The notes below the pieces were generated by a model, which searched no databases, was not told the DNA's origin, and was given only the letters and a program-made list of their open reading frames with translations. From the NCBI GenBank assembly GCA_965205015.1, contig OZ242029.1, positions 4,974,939 to 5,038,938 of the forward strand: a DNA stretch of 64,000 bases. The letters run 5' to 3'. Shown here in pieces: positions 56,542-64,000 of the stretch. Within the stretch, counting starts at the first letter, position 1; the number at the start of each line of letters is the position of its first letter. Source of the stretch: Candidatus Poribacteria bacterium. GTDB lineage: Bacteria > Poribacteria > WGA-4E > WGA-3G. A program made the position numbers and the translations under genes.

Positions 56542-57558
56542 ATGAGAGGAAAAACGATTAGTCCGGGGCAAGGTGCCCAAGCGAGTCAAGGTCAGGTGAG
56601 ACAAGTATCTCAACTGTTCGGTGAGGGCATCGGTGGCACCCCGGAATGGGTTGAAATCCACCGCACCAACGATGAATGGGAAGTGAAGCTCATCCAAGCC
56701 ACTTTGAGCGCGCAACAGATCCGGTGCCGTCCCATCGAATTAAGAGAGGAACGCCAAACCGCTCTCCTCGTAGCCCCGGAACACGAAGTGGAAGCCATGG
56801 AACTCATAAGCCGTATTGACGCAATCGTTACGGATAACGAAATGGCGACGCAAGCCGAAGAAACAGCGGAAGCACTCAAACAACGCGATATGACTGTCCC
56901 TCAGAAAGATACGCATCAACACGCGGATCCCGGTGATTCAGCAGAACTCGTCTTCGCCGAACGTGAAGGTATCGGCAGTGTCGTCTATATGGCAGGACAG
57001 GGATACGAACTCCGTGTCGGTCCAGAACCCTACGTCATCGTTCCAGAGCGCGATTGGGAGGAGTTCACAGACTTTAGTGCGCAACGCCAAGAGTTCGTGA
57101 TCCTCCTCCGCCACGAATACCCCGATCTCTTCGAGTGGATTCAAGACGGGAAACTCCTCGCAGAATTCATCCGTCTCATCGAGATGACGTACCAAGAAGG
57201 CGCGCCGCCGCTCCCGCATCGAGCCAGTGCCGCAACTGACGCTGACGAGCTCGATGCGACGCCTTACCATCCGCTTGCCCAATTGAGTCTCACTGTCGCC
57301 GTGATTTCGCTCATTGCCGTGCTTTTTCAGATTCCGTGGCAGATCAACCTTGTGTTGGCGGTCGTCGCTGTGGCATCAGCAGTCGTCGCGAAATACCAGA
57401 TCGATGTTAGCGACGGGGCATCCACAGGTGTTCCCATGGCGCTGAGTGCGATTGTGCTTGCGTGTCTTGTTGTCGTTTTTGCGTGGTGGCTGAGCCAGCG
57501 TCCGGAGCCGGTAGCACCAGAGAGACCCGCCACTCGTGAGACGATTGAGGATCGGTAG
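56542..57558 (+). CDS. hypothetical protein with DUF2007-like N-terminal domain and two C-terminal TM helices
   Basis: EWVEIHRTNDEWEVKLIQATLSAQQIRC resembles putative signal-transducing DUF2007; C-terminal hydrophobic helices. Confidence 0.4.
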   Translation: MRGKTISPGQGAQASQGQVRQVSQLFGEGIGGTPEWVEIHRTNDEWEVKLIQATLSAQQIRCRPIELREERQTALLVAPEHEVEAMELISRIDAIVTDNEMATQAEETAEALKQRDMTVPQKDTHQHADPGDSAELVFAEREGIGSVVYMAGQGYELRVGPEPYVIVPERDWEEFTDFSAQRQEFVILLRHEYPDLFEWIQDGKLLAEFIRLIEMTYQEGAPPLPHRASAATDADELDATPYHPLAQLSLTVAVISLIAVLFQIPWQINLVLAVVAVASAVVAKYQIDVSDGASTGVPMALSAIVLACLVVVFAWWLSQRPEPVAPERPATRETIEDR

Positions 57559-57645
57559 CTTACGTTTGATACCGAAAAAACAGAAGTTGACACTTCATGG
57601 GATATATGGTAGGGTTAAGGGTCAAAGTGCCGCCACGGTTAGAGC

Positions 57646-57912
57646 ATGAATACACGCTTAAACAAAAAGCACCAAAGGACATTAGAGGCTATTTTTAGCA
57701 CACAAACGCCAGCAACGTTGCAATGGCGGCGGATTGAAGCCCTTTTCAAAGCACTGGGTGCTACAAAAAAGGAGAGACGAGGCTCGGGTGTGACATTTAG
57801 GTTGAATGGAGAAACTGTCGGTTTTCACCTCCCTCACCCTCGCAAAGAGGCACATCGATATCACATTCGTGATGCCCGAGATTTTTTGAAACGAGTAGGA
57901 ATAACATTATGA
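57646..57912 (+). CDS. hicA: type II toxin HicA family (long form)
   Basis: KHQRTLEAIF...WRRIEALFKALGA...GSGVTFRLNGETVGFHLPHPRKEAHRYHIRDARDFLKRVGI matches HicA/YcfA mRNA-interferase pattern (GSH...HxP...K). Confidence 0.6.
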   Translation: MNTRLNKKHQRTLEAIFSTQTPATLQWRRIEALFKALGATKKERRGSGVTFRLNGETVGFHLPHPRKEAHRYHIRDARDFLKRVGITL

Positions 57913-58160
57913 AGACAATAACATATAAAGGATACACTGCGGAAATTATCTATAGTGACGAGGATGATTGCTTTGTTGGTCATATCATCAATATTGATGC
58001 CATTGTTGGTTTTCATGGCGATACTGACGAAGAATTGCGCGACGCTTTTGAAAACATGGTAGAACTTTACATCGAAACCCTTGAGGCACCAGAAAACGCG
58101 CCGCAAAAGCATGATGCTGGTGGTTTTTGGGCACGCCTACGTGAAGTTTTCCATCTGTAG
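57909..58160 (+). CDS. hicB: type II antitoxin HicB family (short, lacks C-terminal DNA-binding domain)
   Basis: YKGYTAEIIYSDEDDCFVGHIINIDAIVGFHGDTDEELRDAFENMVELYIE typical HicB N-domain; overlaps hicA stop by 4 nt; only 83 aa. Confidence 0.6.
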   Translation: MKTITYKGYTAEIIYSDEDDCFVGHIINIDAIVGFHGDTDEELRDAFENMVELYIETLEAPENAPQKHDAGGFWARLREVFHL

Positions 58161-58184
58161 AAATACCACCTTCGCTATTTACAC

Positions 58185-60188
58185 TTGAGCGGGTTAGTTC
58201 TGGTTCACGCAAGGGAATTCTACCTATACATGGAAGGCGACCATGTGAAAAAAAGACGACATCACTCCCACATCGGAACTGAAACGACCTCGCTCCTTCC
58301 GCCGCTCACCATCGGCGTGGCTCTGATCCTTCTCAACGCGTATTGGATCGCCTTCGTCAGTGGTATCCATCACTCCCTGAATCCTGCTTATGCCTCCCTG
58401 TTTATCGCCCCAATCGTCAACCTCTTTTTTCTCCTGTTAATCAATACACTGCTGAAACGGATCCGTCCACAACTCGCTTTGAGCCGCGCCCAACTCCTCT
58501 TGGTCTATCAGATGTTGGTCATGCTATGTGTCGTCTCCGGACACAACCCGATGGACTTCATTCTTGGAATCCTCGCGCATCCGTTCTGGTTCGCTACCTT
58601 TGAAAACGAATACGCAACACTTTTCCATCGGTATATCCCGACTTGGTTCACGGTTCAAGATAAAGGCGCGCTCACCGGTTTTTTTGAAGGGAACTCGACC
58701 TTATACACACCGAGACACCTACTCGCATGGATCGGTCCTGTGCTGCTTTGGTCGTTTGTCACATTCGTTCTCTTTTTCATCTTGATGTGCTTCAACAGCA
58801 TCCAGCGTTTGCAATGGAGCGAACGGGAACGACTCAGTTATCCGATCGCACAACTCCCGATAGAGATGACGACCCCCCGCTTTTTTTCGAGAAGATTATT
58901 GTGGCTTGGGTTTAGTATCTGTGCCGTGATAGAACTCCTCAACGGACTCCACTTTCTCTATCCGTTTGTGCCGGGTGTGCCGCTTAAAATACCCGATTTT
59001 GGGGCGAAAATCTTTACGGCGAAACCTTGGAACGCGATTGGATGGTTACCGCTCTTCTTTTATCCTTGGGTCATCGCATTGACGTTCTTTGTGCCGCTCG
59101 AACTCTCATTTTCAGTGTGGTTTTTCTTTCTATTTACAAAATTTCAGTTGATTGTCGGGAGCATCGGCGGCTGGAAATCGCTGCAAGGGTTTCCGTATTA
59201 CAATCAACAGGGAATCGGGGCATGGTTGACCCTTGGAATTCTCATCTTATGGACGAGCCGCAAGCATCTCAAGGCAGTATTTACGACGGCTTTGAAGCCT
59301 CTTGGAAACAGGGCGACCCCCGCCAGTAATGAACCGTTTCACTATCGCACGGCACTGCTCGGCATCTTGGTAGGTACTGCGATCCTCGTTATCATTTTTC
59401 AACAGGCTGGTATGTCCGTTGGAATTCTCCTCGCCTTCCTATGCCTCTATTTCCTCATGTCTATCGCGATAACATACGCGCGGGCGGCGGTCGGTGTGCC
59501 GTATCATGAAGTCATTTGGACGCATCCGCCGCTGATGATCGTCTCGGTTTTAGGCACACGACGGACGGGTGCGGCGAATTTGACGCTTTTCTCTTTCTTA
59601 TATCCGTATGTTCGCGACAACGTCTCGCACCCAATGCCGAGTCAGTTAGAAGGGTTCAAAATCGCCGAACGCGCCCCGGTTTCCCAGAGAAAGATGGCGA
59701 TCGCTATGATAGTCGCCCTATTGGTTGCCATCCCTGTCTCTTTCTGGGCGTATTTGCACCTCATCTATCAACACGGCGCAGTGCGAACTGAGGGGTATAT
59801 TATTGGCATCGGTATTGAAACCTTTGAACGTATGCTACTCCCATGGTTACAACAGTCACACGCGACAGATAGCACGGGATTGAGTTTCACTGCGTTCGCC
59901 TCGCTGTTTACGTTGGGATTAATGTTTCTGAGAAGACAGTTTATCTGGTTCCCTTTCCACCCAACGGGTTATGCACTCGGTTTATCTGCGGGGATGGTTT
60001 GGGTCTGGAGCGCGATCTGTGTGGGTTGGATCATCAAGGCGGTTCTCCTCAAATTCGGGGGGTTACGCATCTACCGGAAGGCGGCTCCATTCTTTGTCGG
60101 CGTGGTTCTGGGTGACTTTCTGATCGGAACGTTTTGGAGTTTAGTGGGTGGGATTTTTGGGATACCCGTCTATCGGGTTTGGTATTAA
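58185..60188 (+). CDS. large polytopic membrane protein (~14 TM), hypothetical
   Basis: Highly hydrophobic, W/F-rich helices throughout; bracketed by duplicated hic loci. Confidence 0.55.
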   Translation: MSGLVLVHAREFYLYMEGDHVKKRRHHSHIGTETTSLLPPLTIGVALILLNAYWIAFVSGIHHSLNPAYASLFIAPIVNLFFLLLINTLLKRIRPQLALSRAQLLLVYQMLVMLCVVSGHNPMDFILGILAHPFWFATFENEYATLFHRYIPTWFTVQDKGALTGFFEGNSTLYTPRHLLAWIGPVLLWSFVTFVLFFILMCFNSIQRLQWSERERLSYPIAQLPIEMTTPRFFSRRLLWLGFSICAVIELLNGLHFLYPFVPGVPLKIPDFGAKIFTAKPWNAIGWLPLFFYPWVIALTFFVPLELSFSVWFFFLFTKFQLIVGSIGGWKSLQGFPYYNQQGIGAWLTLGILILWTSRKHLKAVFTTALKPLGNRATPASNEPFHYRTALLGILVGTAILVIIFQQAGMSVGILLAFLCLYFLMSIAITYARAAVGVPYHEVIWTHPPLMIVSVLGTRRTGAANLTLFSFLYPYVRDNVSHPMPSQLEGFKIAERAPVSQRKMAIAMIVALLVAIPVSFWAYLHLIYQHGAVRTEGYIIGIGIETFERMLLPWLQQSHATDSTGLSFTAFASLFTLGLMFLRRQFIWFPFHPTGYALGLSAGMVWVWSAICVGWIIKAVLLKFGGLRIYRKAAPFFVGVVLGDFLIGTFWSLVGGIFGIPVYRVWY

Positions 60189-60195
60189 GGACTGC

Positions 60196-60308
60196 GGGTG
60201 GACCAGATTTTTTAAGTTGACACTCCAACCGGTATATGATAGGGTTAAGGCAAAGTGGTATCAAATTAAGCGTGCCCGTAATTTTCTGGAAAAGATAAAA
60301 GTAATACC
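60196..60308. repeat. duplicated hic promoter region with internally deleted hicA
   Basis: aagTTGACAct(c/t)ca...gtatatg(a/g)tagggttaagg(c/g)tcaaagtg matches 57584-57632; retains hicA 3' end (cgtgcccgtaattttctgg...) but hicA body is missing. Confidence 0.6.
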
Positions 60309-60560
60309 ATGAAGACAATGACATACCGAGGGTATACAGTGGAAATTATCTACAGTGAAGAAGATGAATGCTTTGTCGGGGATGTTATCAATATTGATGA
60401 TATCATTTGTTTCCACGGTGATACCGATGAAGAATTACGCGTTGCTTTTGAAGGCGTGGTAGATCTCTATCTGGAGGCACTGGAGGAACCAGAGAACCCG
60501 CCACAAAAACACTTTGCGTGGCGGTTTCTATCGCGTCTACGGCAAGCCTTCCACTTGTAA
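60309..60560 (+). CDS. hicB: HicB family antitoxin paralog (orphan)
   Basis: ~70% identical to 57909..58160 product (MKTMTYRGYTVEIIYSEEDECFVGDVINIDDIICFHGDTDEELR). Confidence 0.6.
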   Translation: MKTMTYRGYTVEIIYSEEDECFVGDVINIDDIICFHGDTDEELRVAFEGVVDLYLEALEEPENPPQKHFAWRFLSRLRQAFHL

Positions 60561-60620
60561 AAGCAGAAGGTTACTCGGCTCAGTACACGAACAAAACCAT
60601 GAGAATAAGGAATTTTACCG

Positions 60621-61310
60621 GTGAAGACATGTATCATTGTTTTTGCTAAGAATCCGGTGCCGAACCAAGTCAAGACGCGGCTCGTCCCACCCCTCTCACC
60701 GGAACAAGCGGCGACAGTGTATACGGCGTTTCTCACAGATGGGTGTGACACACTCGCCAAACTTCCCGAGGTGGACCGCATCATCGCCTATACACCGGCA
60801 GGAGCACAATCCGATTTACAAGGGCTTATCAGAGACGATGCCATTTACATCCCACAAATGGGGGCTGACCTCGGGGAACGGCTCGCCTCGGCAACACAGT
60901 GGGCAATTGAACAGGGATATACAAAAATTTTACTCGTCGGGTCCGACAGTCCGACACTACCGATTGCTTATGTCACAAAAGCATTCACACTGCTCGACTC
61001 GCGTGACGTCACCATCGGACCGAGTACAGACGGTGGCTATTATCTCATCGGCTTTTCGGCAACGAACATAGCGACGACCGTCCCGTTTATTTTTCAGGAA
61101 ATCGCATGGAGCACGGCAGATGTCTTTCAGCAAACAGTGGCACGTATCCGCTCGCTAAAGGGAACCTTAGGACTCTTACCACCGTGGTATGATATAGATA
61201 CGGCTGCAGATTTGGCGTTCTTGCACGCTCACATCTCGGCGATGCGACTCGCGGGCGAAACAGTAGCAGCCGTCAGAACAGAATCACTATTGACAGAACT
61301 ATTTTCGTAA
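60621..61310 (+). CDS. DUF2064 / TIGR04282-like glycosyltransferase-like protein
   Basis: MKTCIIVFAKNPVPNQVKTRL N-terminal signature. Confidence 0.65.
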   Translation: MKTCIIVFAKNPVPNQVKTRLVPPLSPEQAATVYTAFLTDGCDTLAKLPEVDRIIAYTPAGAQSDLQGLIRDDAIYIPQMGADLGERLASATQWAIEQGYTKILLVGSDSPTLPIAYVTKAFTLLDSRDVTIGPSTDGGYYLIGFSATNIATTVPFIFQEIAWSTADVFQQTVARIRSLKGTLGLLPPWYDIDTAADLAFLHAHISAMRLAGETVAAVRTESLLTELFS

Positions 61311-61334
61311 ACAGTAAGGAAAGGAGACTTAATT

Positions 61335-62066
61335 ATGGGACAATTAGATGGAAAATTTGCGATTGTAACGGGTGGAAACCGAGGCATCGGAAGAGGGATT
61401 GCGAGAGGGCTTGCTGCTGAGGGCGCGACGCTCACAATCGCCGCAAGGGATGCCGACCTCCTTGAAGAAACCGCCAACGAATTCCGCGCAAACGGCACAA
61501 AAGTGTTGACTGTCCCGACCGATGTAACGGACGAGGCACAGATCAAAGCACTCTTTGAAAAGTCGATGGACGCGTACGGGCGTTTGGATATCCTCGTCAA
61601 TAACGCAGGGGCATTCAATGGGGGTCCCATCGGTGAACTCGCAACGGAAGATTGGGATTGGGTTATTAATGTGAATCTCCGTGCGCCGTTTATCTGTTCA
61701 CGCGAGGCATTCGCAATTATGAAAGCACAAGGTGAAGGGGGACGTATCATCAACGTCGGGAGTATCTCTGCGCATCGCGTCCGTCCCCGAACAGCCCCTT
61801 ACAGTGCGAGCAAATTCGGTATCTGGGGCTTGACCCAGGTAACAGCTCTTGAAGGTAGACCGTTCGGTATCACAGCGAGTTGTTTGCAACCGGGGAACAC
61901 TTACGTAGAACGGCACCAAAACCGCCCACAAGCCCCTATGGAACCGATGATGGACGTTGACGATCTCGCGCAAGCCGCCGTTCTCATGGCGACGCTTCCG
62001 CCGAATATCAATATGCTGGAAGCAACCGTCCTACCGATCGGTCAACTCTATGTCGGGCGTGGATAA
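61335..62066 (+). CDS. SDR family oxidoreductase
   Basis: VTGGNRGIGRGIARGL; YSASKFG YxxxK. Confidence 0.85.
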   Translation: MGQLDGKFAIVTGGNRGIGRGIARGLAAEGATLTIAARDADLLEETANEFRANGTKVLTVPTDVTDEAQIKALFEKSMDAYGRLDILVNNAGAFNGGPIGELATEDWDWVINVNLRAPFICSREAFAIMKAQGEGGRIINVGSISAHRVRPRTAPYSASKFGIWGLTQVTALEGRPFGITASCLQPGNTYVERHQNRPQAPMEPMMDVDDLAQAAVLMATLPPNINMLEATVLPIGQLYVGRG

Positions 62067-62240
62067 CTTTTTAATTTTACCTTGCGGCGCATTGGCGGGC
62101 AGGTACAAGACCTGCCCCTACAAGATGCCTATTTATTCCTCTGGTTTACTATTTGTCGTGTATATCTCGAATTTGAAGAAACACCCAAGCAAAACACCCT
62201 GCGCCGTTGTTGCAGGCTGCGTTTTTGGTTAAGAATCGCG
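62067..62240. repeat. composite intergenic repeat (motif copy + GGCAGGTACAAGACCTGCC-CCTACAAG element + ACACCCAAGCAAAACACC + GTTGTTGCAGGCTGCG module)
   Basis: Concatenation of four modules each found elsewhere in the window. Confidence 0.55.
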
Positions 62241-62274
62241 AGCACAACTCGCTCTTACAGGAAAATCTTCACCG

Positions 62275-63507
62275 ATGGAGACAATTATGCAAGTGAATCG
62301 GACCCAATTCATGGAACAAGGGTATCTCGTTCTCCGAGAGGTGATCCCACCGGAAGAACTGGACGCGCTTCGGGAAAGTTATGAATTAATGGTATCGCGT
62401 CAGCGAGATATCTGGGCGCGAGAACGCGGACCGAACGAACCACCGGGCGGTGTTTGGGAGTCTTCACCACAACCTCGCTTACACCTTGGACGGGGTCCAC
62501 TCGCAGGGCTTGTCGATGAAAAAACGGCGAGTGCTGTCGAAATTTGGGCACACGAAAACACGCAAGGTGTCAGCAGTGAACTGCTCGGTGAGGCGGATGC
62601 CGGGGTTACTGAGATGATGCTCATGTGCAGTCCCGTCAAAGACTGTGGACCCGCCGCGTGGCATCGCGACCATCACCCGATTGATACCGCCCCATTGCAA
62701 GGCTATATCGACGATATCGTAGAGACGGGACCGCGCTACGTTCAGTGGAATCTCTCACTCTACGACGATAACGTGCTGTGGGTGCTACCGGGGAGTCATC
62801 TGCGGGTGAACACCGAAGCGGAAAACGAGCTGCTGCTGGCAGATCCAAAAGTACCATTACCGGGTGCCGTTCAAACACATCTCAATGCGGGGGATGGTGT
62901 CGTTTACATTTTGCCGATCTTACACTGGGGAAGCAACTACAGTCGGAAGATGCGCCGCACGATTCACGGTGGATTTGCAAATCATACGCACTATCAAGCG
63001 TTCGACTACATAGATTACCTCTCACCGGAAATCCGAGAGATGTTTGATCGGTGGAATGAACGTAGTCATCAAATGCGGGACTGGACCGAAAGCGCGCTCC
63101 GAGCGGCTATAGAAAAGGATGCCACTGCCTACCACGCAGCACTGGAAAACCTCCACCCAAGTAGAGGCGAAAAGGGGAAGATGTTATCAACCGTCTTTTT
63201 GTGCAAAGCCGCCTGTTTCGTGGCACTCGAACACGGCTATGAACTCCCAGAAATCCCGGATGACCTTCGGAATCGAGGTAAGGGTTTCCATGCCATTACC
63301 CTCAATTGGGGACCGCCCTTCGCCGAACGATTCACGAAAGCGGAAGCCGCTACGCTCTGGGAGCGCTTTAAGCCACTCGACGCATTACTTAAAACTGACG
63401 AAGAGTTGTATCTACCGGGTTTCCAATCCGGTCCGATGCATTACTATTTCAATGAAATGCCCGCCAATTTCGGTGTCGCAGATTTCATTAAAACGTGGGA
63501 CCTATAG
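62275..63507 (+). CDS. phytanoyl-CoA dioxygenase (PhyH) family protein, putative
   Basis: N-terminal FMEQGYLVLREVIPPEEL typical of PhyH family; WHRDHH (HxD) and later HGG His. Confidence 0.55.
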   Translation: METIMQVNRTQFMEQGYLVLREVIPPEELDALRESYELMVSRQRDIWARERGPNEPPGGVWESSPQPRLHLGRGPLAGLVDEKTASAVEIWAHENTQGVSSELLGEADAGVTEMMLMCSPVKDCGPAAWHRDHHPIDTAPLQGYIDDIVETGPRYVQWNLSLYDDNVLWVLPGSHLRVNTEAENELLLADPKVPLPGAVQTHLNAGDGVVYILPILHWGSNYSRKMRRTIHGGFANHTHYQAFDYIDYLSPEIREMFDRWNERSHQMRDWTESALRAAIEKDATAYHAALENLHPSRGEKGKMLSTVFLCKAACFVALEHGYELPEIPDDLRNRGKGFHAITLNWGPPFAERFTKAEAATLWERFKPLDALLKTDEELYLPGFQSGPMHYYFNEMPANFGVADFIKTWDL

Positions 63508-64000
63508 CGGTAAACCGAGCATCCCGCTGAGATAGAAATACGCTTCCTCGGTATAACGCGGCAGATTCTCTGGATCTTCAACTTCCAACTCCAACGTCAG
63601 ATCGCCTTGGTAGCCGACCTCTTGGAGCGTTTCGATAATCTGCTTGAGTTTGAGTTCACCGCGTCCGATACCGACAGATACAGTCCCGAGATGGTCCTTG
63701 AGATGTACCGCATAGATACGAGAACCGAATTGACGGATCGCCGCGAGCGTATCAACACCCGACGAGTGGAAATGTCCTGTATCTATGCAGACCCCGACCC
63801 GTTCGTCAGGAATAGCGTCTAAAAGCGTTTGGAAATCCTCGGGTTGTTCAAGCACATTTCCGTGGTGTGGTTCAAGCGTCAACTTGATTTGACTCTCCGC
63901 GGGCATACGCTGCAACACTTCGCTCACGCAGGAGGCAACCCTGTCCAAGGCACCGGGTTCCGTTCTCGGTTGTGCACCACTTGTCGTCAGATGTGTTGCC
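63502..64000 (-). CDS. sugar phosphate isomerase/epimerase (xylose-isomerase-like TIM barrel), 5'-truncated by window end
   Basis: VCIDTGHFHSSG, YAVHLKD, GDLTLE conserved strands; N-terminus lies beyond 64000. Confidence 0.6.
   Translation of the reverse strand, partial: ATHLTTSGAQPRTEPGALDRVASCVSEVLQRMPAESQIKLTLEPHHGNVLEQPEDFQTLLDAIPDERVGVCIDTGHFHSSGVDTLAAIRQFGSRIYAVHLKDHLGTVSVGIGRGELKLKQIIETLQEVGYQGDLTLELEVEDPENLPRYTEEAYFYLSGMLGLPL

Noticed and set aside
57861-58212. Minus-strand ORFs over hicA/hicB (57861..58112, 57988..58212)
   Set aside because: Antisense to a compact, translationally coupled hicAB pair with family-typical motifs.

Overview
This 64 kb window looks like a chromosomal segment of an uncultivated diderm bacterium (~50% GC). 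The diderm call rests on LptF/LptG, outer-membrane-barrel-like proteins and lipoproteins. Most ORFs are housekeeping genes: ggt, purD, trpF, aroA plus a dapA-family gene, tsaB, tsaE, two tandem amt genes, lptFG, a polyprenyl synthase, tRNA-Ala(GGC), a Ski2-like helicase and several SDRs. Accessory content is interleaved: an IS4-family insertion sequence with an intact 9-bp target duplication; a ~109-bp MITE-like insertion; three degenerate toxin-antitoxin loci (a HigB-remnant/HigA fusion, hicAB, and an orphan hicB after a duplicated promoter); a putative Rad52-like annealing protein; and LamG/DUF1080 secreted paralogs. The intergenic DNA is unusually repeat-rich and modular. It carries REP-like hairpins (GGCGAGGTTAGRAACCTCGCC), a GGYAGGYACRAGACCTRCC-CCTACAAG hairpin family that includes a 5-copy tandem array, an ACACCCAAGCAAAAACACC module, and a recurring CCGCAAGGTATAATTAAAAA motif that abuts start codons. 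No CRISPR array and no complete canonical defence system are evident. The most unusual items are the repeat/promoter architecture, a RelA-ZFD::PadR fusion protein, a membrane / PD-(D/E)xK / tandem alpha/beta-hydrolase trio, and a membrane-protein gene bracketed by duplicated hic loci. All calls are from reading the sequence and the ORF translations; no database searches were run.
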